Of a stretch of DNA of 64,000 nt, positions 41,606 to 54,450 are shown piece after piece. The stretch lies in the NCBI RefSeq assembly GCF_009914755.1, contig NC_060929.1; one strand, written 5' to 3'. The stretch's first letter is position 1. Every line of letters starts with the position of its first letter. Source of the stretch: the human T2T-CHM13v2.0 reference genome, Homo sapiens. Below the pieces are notes generated by a model. The model did no database searches. It was not told the DNA's origin and worked only from the letters and a program-made list of their open reading frames with translations. A program made the position numbers and the translations under genes.

Positions 41606-41720
41606 TATATTTTTATATATATATATAAAATATACACACATATATACATATATGTGTGTATATACATAATATACATATACATATATATATATATATACAT
41701 ACACACATATACATATATAT
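41606..41720. repeat. Compound (TA)/(CA) microsatellite within a MIR
   Basis: Alternating purine-pyrimidine tract with an internal palindrome at 41630-41663. Confidence 0.9.
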
Positions 41721-44597
41721 GGAATAGGGCTGTGGTCAAGATGAGAATCATGCATGTAAAATGTTGGACAAAGAGCCCGTTGGTAGAAGACATTGGGTAA
41801 CTGGCTACTGTTGCTGTCTCAAGACAGCACAAGGTGCAGGTGTTCTGGGACCCTGGGTACATGGGATCTATCCACAGCTTTGTCATGGAGCCAGAAAAGC
41901 AGAATTCAGGTTGGCTGGAGCCACCTCTGGCAACTCTGGGAAATGGCCATAACCACTGTAACCAGGCTGTTACGTAGGCTATTATTTGGTTTGTCAGGGA
42001 CCCAGGGGCCAAGAACCCAGCTGTTCATACAACTAAATGTGAAAAGCAAGGTTGACACAGAGGAGGACACTCTAACAATTGTGCACCAAGCTAATGTTTT
42101 CACTAAGAAGTTCTGTCATTGTGCATGAGTTTGGTTCTGCTCCAACTTTATCTGCCCAAGAAATGAAGGCAGAATGGTTGGGATAGGGTGCTTTAGAGAT
42201 GGGTTCAGGAAAGGGTGAGTCAGCCTGCCTTGCTTGCAGATGAGCATGGTTTTATATCTGCCCTCCATCAGGGCGGGGTTGCTGGGAGAAAAATGTTCGT
42301 CTCCACATGTTGGCCAACACAGCAAGGCTGTCTATGTGTCAGACTGTTCCTAGGCAAAATCTAGGAGTGCAAAGTAGGTGTTGCCTGTTTTTGAGCCCTT
42401 TATTCATAATGTTGGGGCCTAAAAGCCCAGCTGCCCCCATTGGTGTCCCTAGACCCCTTCCGTGATTGTCCTGTCACTAATTGGAGCCCCATTGGGTCCT
42501 TCCACCAACTCCTGCCTGCAGTCCTGTCTTGTCTCCTTTCTGTCATTAAAACCTTCCCGTAGAGCATTCGCTTAGCATAATGCTCCCCTTCTTGCCAATG
42601 CCTGCCAGTCCTGACTGCACGAGGAATCACCCAGAGATCTCATTTAAAATCTCAACACCTGAGCCCCACCCGGAGGACCTGTTGATCTAGTTCTGGGAGG
42701 CAGAGCTTGGAAGCCCATATGTCACCCAGTGCTTGGCTTGTTCTGGTTTGTAGTTGGGTCTGGGGACTCAGCTCTAGCAGACCAGGGAGATAATGAGCTC
42801 CAGTTAAGTCAGCCAATCCTAGAGACTGCAGTAGCTGACACAGCAGCACTCTTCCTAGAAAACAGAAGTCCTTGTGCCAGTTAAAAATCTCAGAGGATCT
42901 TCCAGAGTGGGGTCATTGGAGATCTCAGCATGGTGGTCTGGGCAGTGTAGGAGGGCGACACGGACAGGCTGGAAAAACTTGGCTCTTTCTCAAGCCAATG
43001 CTGATTAGGGGATTCATCTGTGGGGTATAAATGGCAAAAGAGTGGGGACATTGTGATATCATTTCTGTGTGTGTGTATCCATCTCCCTCCCCTCAGTGAC
43101 CTAGAGTACCATGAAGTGGAAACTCAAAGAATTTTGGTATCTGCTGGGTGTGGGATAGGACGAGGGATTGGTCATATTTTAGGTACTGATTCATTTTGGA
43201 CAGAAATGGGAGTTGAGAGACACTCCTTTAGGAATAACTTGGAAAATTCTCATTAAAAATAATGATGATGATAATAAAACAACTTAGTGCTTTCCACTTG
43301 GCTTTATGTACCGGATGTTTTAATGCAACAATGATGCAGCCGTGCATGGCTGGCCGATGCTGGAAGCCCCCACCCCACCCCAAAACATCTCCTGACTAGC
43401 CTAGCTAGCCATTCTATGCACTCAATACTTTAATTTGCACCTTCTATTCATTCACTCCTAACCTGGTGACACCCCCTAGATTACTGATCTCTGCGGTTCA
43501 ATTTCTTCATCTCCATAAACGATATAAATGCCTAGGGAATCCCAGTGTGTGAGAATTCCAACTCTCTCTCTCTGTTTCCACCTGGCCAGAAGTGATGATC
43601 ACAAAATGATACAGAACAGAATATATTTTTCTAGACTTCACTTCCTTGCACAAAACGAGTAGTGAAACAAGTCTCTGAAGCTGTGTCTCTCTGAAAGGGT
43701 AGAGTCGGAATGCGTGCTCTGTGGCTGTCTTATTTGTGTTTCCAGGAGGCCAGCCTGTTTGTATTCTATATAACATATATGGCACTCTCCCTTCCTTAAC
43801 TCGATTCTCCACACTTCCCACACACTAGCTTTTTATTTTTATTTTTATTTTTTAGCCAGAAAGAATGCTGTGTTTCTTGCTGTTTTCATGTTCGCATTAG
43901 AGGAACAGCAGCACGCTGTCAGGGGTGGCTGGTAATAGACTCTGGATAACAAGCACCCAGCTCAGCCTGGGGCTCCCTCGGGAAACAGAATTGGATGGTG
44001 GAAGAAAATAATGTCAGGGTTCAGGGAGGAACGTCTCAGCTAGCCCATCACATAAACACTAAAAATAAAATTAGAATACATGCCTTATGATTCCTCAGCT
44101 GGAGAAGCAAAATAAATGGAAAAAATTATCCCCAAGCCATAATAGCTTGGCTCCAAAGAATGGCTTCTTTCCTCTCACCGGGTTGCAGCATCCTTCCCAA
44201 ACATTGCCCTCGTAAGTGTCCAGGAACTGTGACCTGGAGGCCCTCAGGATCTCTCCCTCAGGCCAAGGCAGGCAATTACATCAGCCCAGGGGTTTGGTTT
44301 CAAGTTGTCAGGGGTCAGTGATGCAGGTCACTCAGTTCCCAGGGCCCTTCCTGAGAATTGGTGCTGGGAATAAGTAGGATGGATAGAACATCCAGTTGGG
44401 ATGTCTAGCACCGATTTGGATGTTGGCACCAGGAGCCAAATGACCTAGTTTCAAAGTCCAGCCCTACAACTTACTAGGACTCTGAGTTACATAACCTCTA
44501 GGTGCTTCAATTTGCTTATCTGTGGAATGGGAGTGAGGTAAACTCCACCGGATAGATACATTGGGAAGCATAACAAACTTAATGCATGTAAACTCCC

Positions 44598-44727
44598 TTT
44601 TTGTTTTTAATGGAGATCGGGTTTTGCCATGTTGGCCAGGCTGGTCTCGAACGCCTGACCTCAGGTGATCCACCCACTCGGGCTCCCAAAGTGCTGGGAT
44701 TATAGGCATGAGCCACTGCGCCTGGCC
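44598..44727 (-). mobile_element. Alu left arm only (S-type)
   Basis: Ends at the middle A-rich linker; cctgacctcaggtgatcc. Confidence 0.9.
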
Positions 44728-44731
44728 CCAG

Positions 44732-45048
44732 TTTTCTTTTTTTTCTTTTTTTTTTTAGGCGGAGTGTCACTCTGTCGCCCAAGCTCTGGAGTGCAGTGGA
44801 GTGATCTTGGCTCACTGCAACTTCCACATACTGGATTCAAGCGATTCTCCTGCCTCAGCCTCCTAAGTAGCTGGGATTACAGGCGCATGCCAACATGCCC
44901 AGCTAATTTTTTTTTTCTTTTTGTATTTTTAGTAGAGATAGAGTTTCACTATGTCGGCCAGGCTGGTCTCGAACTCCTGACCTAGTAATCTGCCCACCTC
45001 GGCCTCTCAAAGTGCTGGGATTACAGGCTTGAGCCACTGTGTCCGGCC
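44732..45048 (-). mobile_element. AluS, full length
   Basis: Dimer with T-rich tail; shares an outer TSD with the adjacent monomer; host element is a MIR. Confidence 0.95.
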
Positions 45049-45764
45049 TAATGCGCGTAAATTCTTATAACAGTGCTGAGCACAGATACGTAACACTGTT
45101 AGTTGCTATTAGTATGTTTAGCATTTTGGAGACCCTGTACCCCATTTTATTAAAGAGCAACTTTCTATAACCTTATGGGAAAAGCCTTTGGGACAGGATA
45201 CCAGGGGTTGGCAGCCCAGAGTCCACTCTGCTCCCATGTTCTATGTGAGCACAGGTGTGCACCTCATTCTGGATCCCACACTGTTGATCTGTAATCTAGG
45301 AGCAATAATGCCTGGCTTACGTGTGGGTTTCCTTGGATTGCCGTGAAGATAACATTAGATGCAAAATGCCCGTAGTTTTAAGCAGATCTCACAAGTTATA
45401 ATTTTTCTGCTCTGGGTCTCTGATACATCTTTTTTTCCTCTTGCCAAGTGGATCAAATCCCATTTTGTTACTCAGCCATCAGATTGGATTGCAGAAGCTC
45501 AGATACCAAGATGTTAACTCTTTGGACTGCACCATCATCCAGCTCACCAGGCACTGTATTATTTGGGCAATTAGAAATCTCTTGAGTTTATTATGGAACC
45601 TCATTTTAAATACATGTTTTTAGACTTGGTGTCTCTGCTGTGGCGTATAACAAATGAAAAATATATCACCTGTCACCATCTGACATGGTGCAGAGTTACT
45701 TGCTAGTGGTTGGTATATTATGCACTTCCTTGCTCTGGAATGAATGAACACTTCGTTTATTCCA

Positions 45765-45856
45765 GGGGCTGGTTTAATTCACTCCTGTATCTACAGCACC
45801 TAGGAAGTGGCCTGACACATAATCCTCTCTCAAATAGCTGTTGAATGAACAGATGA
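45765..45856 (+). mobile_element. L2 3' end
   Basis: ctgtatctacagcacctagg...cctgacacata...tgttgaatgaa. Confidence 0.75.
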
Positions 45857-46522
45857 CTCACAGCTCAACTGAAGCACAAGCACCTTTTCATCAACAGGTT
45901 CAAAGTTTCAGGGAGAAGAAACAGTGTTGCTTTAGTTGAGAGTTTAAACAGTTAGATACTTAGAATAATTATCATAGCGTAAGAGCTACATCCTGTGGGG
46001 GCACAAGGAGGCCTGGGACCTGGGTCCTTTGCAGAGAGTTGAAAATCTAGTTGGGGAGATGATGAGTGAAAGGAAAACCAGGACAAGATGGGGAAACAGT
46101 AAATGCCAGATCAGAGCTTTCTGAGTGGAGTGAGGTCAAAGAGGAAAAGCAGATGGAAGAGGAAAGGAGAGAAAGGACACAGGCAGACAGGGGAAGGCTT
46201 TGTATAGCAGTGGGGTGGGCTCCTCTCCATAAAGGATGAGTGTGATTTCAATAGGGAAAAAGGGACAAGCAGCCCAGAAGGGGGAACATGGAAAGATGTG
46301 TGTTCAGCCCCACCTGAGCAGGGCACGTGGCCTGACGACATCAAACCTCACTGCACGTGAGGGAAGAGGAAGAAGGCAGAGGAGTTGCAGCCAGGCCAGG
46401 GAACGTCTCTGTGGGGCTGGCCAAGGTGTTTGATTGATGTTGCCCAGACTTGCTGATGGTAAGAATCACTTGTCCAAAAAATACAAAAAACAAGACATTT
46501 TTAAAGACTTCTTGGGCCCTCA

Positions 46523-47109
<587 letters not shown>

Positions 47110-47727
47110 GGCACTCTTCTAGGCTTATTGAACCAGAATCTCCAGGATTCTCCTTTGAAAAATTCAACCAGTCAGTCAATCAAGACAAATAGCCCAGGCA
47201 AGTTTGGGAAGTACACGATATAGGTGATGAACAGACATGGACAGCTGGGAGTGGAGATATGATTTGACAAGAGCTGTGTCTTAGGAAGAATAATTGGGAG
47301 GCGATTTGGAGGTGGGGATTGGTGGAGGAGAATGGAGATTGGAAATCAGTTACAAGGCTACTGAGAAAATCTGAGTGGGTAGAAGTAAGGGCTGAAGCCA
47401 CGGAAGCTGCCGTGGGTCCAAAGTCAACGGGATGCCATGAGTTAGACCCAGTATGGAAGGGACAACTGGTGGGACGCAACAGAGGAGAGAGAGGAAGTCA
47501 TTTAATGACTGGGAGGCTACAGGAAGGGTGAAAGCATACATAGAAAGAATAAATTTCAGGCAGGGCACTAACTATACAACAAGGTGATGGCCTTGGTCTC
47601 AGAGAATTTGTGGATCTTATAATAATGGGTGTTCCTTTGGAAGACTAAGAAATTGAACTTGTGGGACTGGGGCGTTGGAGAGAGGCAGGCCTGGAGATTA
47701 GAAATGACCCTTTTTTGTAGGATAGTA

Positions 47728-48136
47728 CAATTTACTTGTAAACAATGCTGGGATTTGGGGCACTGATCCCTGCAGTTTAAAATCCACATATAGCTTTTGA
47801 CTACCCCAAAACTTAACTACTAATGGCCTCCTGTTGACTGGAAGCTTTATGGATAACATAAACCGTCACTTATTACATCTTTTCTATGTTATATGTATTA
47901 TATACTGCATTCTTTACAATCGAATAAGCTAGAGAGAGAAAATGTTATGTAGAAAAGATATTTACTATGTATTAGGTGGAAGTGGATCATCATCTTTACA
48001 TAGAGTCTCAGTGGGGGCAGAGGTGGAGGAGGTGGAAGGGGAGGCAAGACAGGCAGGCGCACTGGGTAGAACTTTTATTGAAAAAAATTCACATATAAGT
48101 ATGCCGTTTCAACCCATGTTGTTCAATGGTCAACTG
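47728..48136 (-). mobile_element. Tigger2a/MER28-like Tc1-mariner non-autonomous element
   Basis: Terminal ttgttcaatggtcaactg is the reverse Tigger2 TIR; cttttgactaccccaaaacttaactactaat; TA at left end. Confidence 0.85.
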
Positions 48137-48949
48137 AATATTTGCAGCAAAACTGGCAGCCAAGCTGAGAAAAATGAAGAATGAAAAAGGTAAAATGCTA
48201 TTCAGGCCGCAGTTTACACTAAGCCTGTGCAGGGAAGGAAAGCATCTAAAACTGCTGATCCAGCCCAAAGCATGCTGTGCCCACAGTGGAGAGTCGTATT
48301 TATTTAGAGGCAGGCTGGATTGACTTCATCTGGTGAGGATTACATCCCCTACTAGGGCCGGCATTGTGCCTTCATTCTCTCATTCATCAGCTAATTCCTT
48401 ACAGGTACTGTGCCCTGGACTTGTTTCGTTCAAAATACATCTTTTTTCCCCCTCAGCAAAATAGAGCAGAGTTGACAAGAAGTTCTGATAATTACTCCCT
48501 AAACAATAAATCACTATGCTGGTGAAGTGTGTTAACTCTACATGGGACATGAATGCGTTTCAAGGGAAACCCTCTCAAGACAAATGGCACCAAGTGCTGT
48601 GATTACAGCTTCAACAGACATGCAGACAGGGCTGCTTCAGGCCCTGTGCTGACTGCCAGGCTAGCAGGAACTTTCAGAAACAGCCACAGTAGGAATGCTG
48701 GAGAGAGGGAGCCTTGCTCCTCAATCTGCCATGCTTTGTCCTTGGGAGAAGTGTAGAAGACGAGCACAGGAAGGGAGGGTGCTCAGTTTTCACCCACTTG
48801 TTTATCCATTCATTCCTCAGGTCCAGGATGGCACCCAGTTGTCGCAAGCCCTTGCGGGTGACCTGTGTTCCCAGCCGTCGTCTCCATGATGGGTCCATCC
48901 TGACCACTGTTTCCTTTGTTATTCAGGATGCTAATTCTTGCAAATATCA

Positions 48950-50420
48950 CCCTTTCAATCAAATTTTATTGAGCACCTACTATTCTATAGGTGCAGAGAA
49001 AGGGCTGGAATATGAAAATGACTGTCCCGGTGCTTGTCCTCAAGGAATATACAAACTATTGGGGGAGATAGCTGCTTATATAAACAAATTTTTAAAAAGA
49101 CTCTCATTTGATCTAGGTAGAAGCTGCACCAAGGTCCAATGTTTGAAGAATCCAGGGAGGCTTCCTAGAGCAGAACATAGTGAATGGGACTTTGAGGGAA
49201 GGCAGGAGGCACAGCACCACAAACAGCATGGTCCACTGGGGAAACAGTAGTTGTTTAGAGGATAAATGGATAGAGTACCAGTGGCATGGTTTTATTTTTA
49301 AATTGTATTCCCTTCTGTATGTGGTTTTACCATTGTTGTAGTCACTTTGTCATTAAATGACTTCCTCTCCTGCCTATGCTGGGTCCCACCAGTTTTCCCT
49401 TTTATGTTGGGTTTTGTTCACAGCACCCTGGGGATTAATGTAGGGGGTACTAGAGTTGGGAAGCAGCAGAAAGCATGAGAGTTTGAATGGATTCTTGCAA
49501 TTCCCTTGTTAAAATCTTTAAGCAGCAGACTGACAAGATCATATGTGCAACTCTGAGAGATCTCTCTAGCCTGAGAATGAAATAACAGTAACAAGAGGCA
49601 AGAGAGAGAGAGAACCATTCAAAAACACCATTTGTTCACACATTCATTCAACAAATATTTTTTGAAGGCCTACTCTGTGCCGGGAGACAGGCTAGGTGCT
49701 GGGAATATAGTTGTGACCAAAACAGTTTACAAGTTAGTAGGAAAGTTGGGTTTAAATAAATAGACACCAAAGTCAATACATATTTATAATCTGTGGAATG
49801 AATGGAATTCCACGATGCTATAAACAAGTATGGCAGGGTGTTTCATTTCAATGGGTGATCAGGGCAAGGCCTTTTCAAGGAAATGGCATTTATCTGAGAC
49901 CAAAAGAATAAGTGGAATTTAACCTGCCGTCTTTCAAAGAAAGACTGAAAGCAGAGAAGCCAATTAGGAAGCTAGTTCAGTTATCCCTTGCAAAGAAGAG
50001 GGAATGACATTGGAAATGTGGGGAAGACACCTGATTGGAGAGGTCTTTTTGGAGATGCAGAGTTGGCAAGCCTGCTGCAATGTGTTGAGAAGAGATGAGG
50101 CTATGAATCAATTCAGATTAAGATAGCATGGATTTGAAAGAGGTTTGGAGAGGAAAATCCATAGGACTGCATGAAGAATAGTGTGGAGTCTGTGTCAGGG
50201 ATGGTGAAGCCTAGGATGATTGCTGGTTTTCTGGCTCTGTAACTTGGACAGACAGAGGCACAAGGAACCATAGGTGGCAGTAGGAGCTGATGATTGTTTC
50301 AGTTTTGAGATGTGTCTGAGATTCCTGTGGCACATCCAGGGAGATATGTCTACACAGTATACAGGTGTGGCCTGGGCTGGGTAGCATGTAGGAACCAATC
50401 AAAGTACAAAGGTGGATGAG
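48950..50420 (-). mobile_element. L2 remnants (several fragments)
   Basis: tttattgagcacctacta; cattcattcaacaaatattt; agttttgagatgtgtctgagattcctgtggcacatcca. Confidence 0.7.
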
Positions 50421-50852
50421 TCCAGAATGTGTGTAGGATCCAGCAAAACCATTGTTGAGCCATGCACCTGAAATGTGAACTGATCCTATGTTACTGACAC
50501 TCTTACATCAGACATGAAAGCAAGAGACAGACAAGAATGGTGGCAAATTGATAATTGCATCTCAATGCCTTTTTTAATTCCTAAAATTACTCGAAGTCTC
50601 AATTTAATGCAATTTCATTCTGTTCATTTAAAGTCCATTATCCAATTAGCAATGGTCCTCTCTGGGGCTTGAGATTGGGAAGAGGTGGTTGAGGGGAACA
50701 TTTCACTTATGTTATAAAACTTTTGGTTTTATTTTGCAGCAACCAAATATTCCTTATACAAGCAATAGATAAACAGAGTACTTTAAAATATTTGTTTACA
50801 ATAAAATTGGGCTTCCTTTCATATGTTAAATACAACTTATGTGCCAGAAAAG

Positions 50853-51345
50853 TGTGAAAGGAAAATAGAATCTTGGGACCCCAAACTCACTCTGCCAAAG
50901 GAAAAGTTAAGCTTGGGAACTGAGTCATGTAAAAACTGCCTTCCTTCTGTCCCCAGACAGATAGCTGTAATTTCACATGTTTACTTTCTCTTATGTAAAA
51001 TATAGATTTATTGAGCATGAGAGGAATGCATAATTGACTTATTGTTCTACTCCCTTTCTTTTCAAATACAAAATGTAGATTCACGGAGTGCTAATCAGAG
51101 CCTCACAAGAATGGAACCGCTTGCCTCATTACCTATTCTGACTTCTTATTATTTTTTTCTTTTTTCTTCCCCTCCTTCTTGCTCTTTCCCCTTTAAATAT
51201 TAAAGTTCTCAAGACCCTTTTTGGAAAAAGCAAAGGACACAGGCCCTACCATGACTTCTGTTTCTTATTCCCAGGTGCATCCTCAACACGGGCAAAATAA
51301 ACCTCTAAATGGATTGAGATCTGCCTCTGTCACTTTTGGTTTACA
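50853..51345 (+). mobile_element. ERV1 solo LTR, MER4 family (MER4C-like)
   Basis: tgtgaaaggaaaatagaatcttgggacccc...tttggtttaca; perfect 4-bp TSD aaag; AP-1 TGAGTCA at 50921. Confidence 0.88.
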
Positions 51346-54329
51346 AAAGTGTATACTGTTAAAGACTTTTCATACACTTTTTTTTTATTTTTCAAAAAGA
51401 AAAAAAAATTTACTCCTCCTCACCCCATCAAAAGTTCCACCCATGACTTGGCCACTATAAATGAGTTCTGGAGAAGTGGAGGTGGCTAGGGAAGCAAGGA
51501 CTGAAGATGCTCAAACACTGGGCTGCAAGCATATCAGGGTCCTGCTCACAGCTAAGACCTGCTCAGGGCCATCCTTTTCTTCAAAAACAGACTGAAACAC
51601 GGAGGGTTTTCTCTGAAGCCATAGGTTGTAGAAGTCCTTGGGTGACAGGTGATTGACTGGAAGTAGAGGCGTATAGGAGATCCTGAAAATGGTGAGCATT
51701 GCAGAGATTCCACCTTTTCTCAAACCCACTCGTGTCTGCTACACATTGACGGTGACTTTGCAAATAACACTTCTCGGCTGTCTCTGTGTGTTTAAGTGGC
51801 ACATTGAAAAACAAGACAAAGGCTCGTGAAAGTGCATGTAATAATTTCTTTTCTAATGAAATCTGGAGAACATTCAGACTTTTTCTTCTTTAACGGTGAC
51901 TCATTGATTTGTTTATGACTCAGGAAAACTTACCCACTGGACTCAGTTCCCTGACTCTGCTCATGTTGGTTGTTGTCTTCTTCCTGGGGTCAAGGATTGC
52001 TTTGATGATCTCACTCCTTCTACAAACTCAGGGGGGCTATTGAAAGATCATGGCTGATTACAGAGTTCCTTTTGCTATGGCTAAGACTCAGTCACATTCT
52101 TAGGAAAAGACCAAAATGTGCTAATGAGATTTTTCAAATAAGCAAGATAAAAGGAGTTTTTGCAGAGAGGAAGCTAAGAGTTAGATTTAGTTGTATAAAA
52201 GATATAGGAGAAGCAGGGGGTGATCAGCTCTGGATTCACTGTGAGTCCAGGATTCTCAGATGTGACTGTTAACAGTGCCCTGTTTTAGTTCAATAGCACA
52301 TTTTAAACGAAGATAAATGAAAGAAACCTCTTTAAAAGAAGATGAGGCTAAGAAAAAGGTATTCGTTCTAATGAAAGCCGACTGTTCTGCTTGAGACATC
52401 TGCTTGTTTGGTGTCATCTTGCTGTACAGGGCCACACTATGAGGCATGTAGGTCAGTAGTGGGAAGAGCAGTTGATGAGCTAAACGAAGCAAAAGAAAAG
52501 CCAGGCAATTGGTTAACTGATTATTTGGGCATGTGTGCATCAGACACTTAATTCAACATATCTTAAATGTACATTAATCAGTCAGCAATATCATCTGTGT
52601 GACACCGCTCTGGAAAACCAAGGCAGAGGAGAAAAAATAAATCAAAGAATGATCTTCTTCATCTACTAGAGAGACAAATTCACTCAAAATGACTTTTAGA
52701 CATTTCTAGAACTATTTCAAATGAAGTGGGCTGCTTAGGAATTGAAGCAGATCAATTTGGAAGATTAGAAAAGGAGAAGCTTGGACGCTGTTTATTTTAC
52801 CATTGCATGTAGGAGTCAAAGTCTCACTCCTGAGACACAGGCAGGTTGTGCTGAATAAGGTCGTAAACCACTAATTCTCTCTTTCTGATGACCCTGAATT
52901 TCTGTCAAATTCAATGATTCTGAATCCACATAGTTAAACTCTGGCACATAGTTGGTGCAGGAATTTCAAGGTCCAGGTCTTACTGCCGAGGTCTTAGCAG
53001 CCTGGCGAAGTGCAGGTCCACTCAGTGCTGCAGACACTGGATGTTTCCATCTGACAAACAGTCTATGGGTTGCTACAAATTTTCCCCCATGTAAAGTCTC
53101 ACAAGGCCACATAAATTTTCCAAATTACAATCACTTGAACCCTTATCCTGCTCAGTTGCAGGACAACAAATTCTGCTCTCCAAGGATATCTGGGAAGCCT
53201 CAGGGATTTCTTAGATGTTCCCCAGTCTCTCTTGGTTGCCAGGCCAGCTGCCACCTAGCTCAGGACCACTGCTCAATCTGCTCTGCCTGTGGTTCACGCC
53301 AGCTCTTCCGCAAGTTGCCTCCTGCAGAGAAAGCATTTCTGTGCTTGTTGTAGAATTCTCCTTTTTCTCAGTCTTCCATAGGTTGAGCATCAGCCACTAC
53401 TCCTCCAACAAATGTTGCCAAGTCTCTCTCCTTGAGCCTCTTTCTGTTCGGCTTTGGGGAATCATCACACTAAAAGCCCCGTGGTCATAGACAAGTCTTG
53501 GCTTTGACTATGGGTGACATGGGTGCTCTTGCAGGCACCTTGCCTACCAATTATCATCATCTTGACCAAGTGCAAACAGTGTCTGGGCACTTGGCCTCTG
53601 CTGCTACTGGCACCAGCCCCTCTTTTGACCTTGTTGCTGTGCCATTGTAGCCACCTGCACAGGACCAGGCAGGGCTGCCTCTTGCCCAGTTCAAGATGCA
53701 CCTGCTCTTCTGGGCTCCCCCTTCTTTCCACCAGAGTAAGTTACAAAGGTTGTCTTCCTCCATTTTAGTGATTGCCCATCTGACCTCCCAGGAACTGAGG
53801 TGTGGGTGAGTCTGTGCTCTGAGTCTAAGCAGGTAGATCTCACCCCTCTCCTTTGGGGCCTCTTACTACATATATTTAGAGAATTAGGAAAATGCCAGCA
53901 CAGAGCCAAGTGGTGGTTCAGGCTGTTCCCATGTTGTATGCCTCATGAGCCAAGATACCAATTTCTGCCTCTTTCAAAGCATATTGTAGTATTCCATTTT
54001 TGGCAAGATTCTCTCCAGAGTCCTGTGTCATTTCCAAACAGTCTCATGAATCACCTGTGGCTTTAATCCACAAAGCAGCATATGCTAATTGCTACAGTCT
54101 CTGATAAGTGTAGGGTACAGTATCTGGGTCTTTAGCCTATATTTATTCATCCCAGAGACATTAATTTATGCATTTATGCATCCATTGAAGAAGCACTTAT
54201 TGTGAACTCTACTATGGACTAGGCCACGTGGTAAGGGAGGTGCAAATGGATTTGAGACATGGGTCATATCTTCCAGTAGCTTTCAATCTAGATGGCCAAG
54301 TTCACCTGTGAAACATCTGAAACTGTTTC

Positions 54330-54450
54330 TGCTTCTATCCTCACTAGAGTGACCTTAGGCAAATCTTTTAAGTCCTCTGGGTCTCAGTTTCCTCATAGGA
54401 AAAATGGAATTAAAAACACCTGTCATGCATGTCTCTTTGAACTCTTGTGC
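54330..54450 (+). mobile_element. MIR
   Basis: gtgaccttaggcaaatc...gtctcagtttcctcataggaaaaatgg. Confidence 0.8.

Noticed and set aside
53100-54060. Stretch with several overlapping ORFs, possibly MaLR/ERVL internal sequence
   Set aside because: Only a faint resemblance, with no motif strong enough to call
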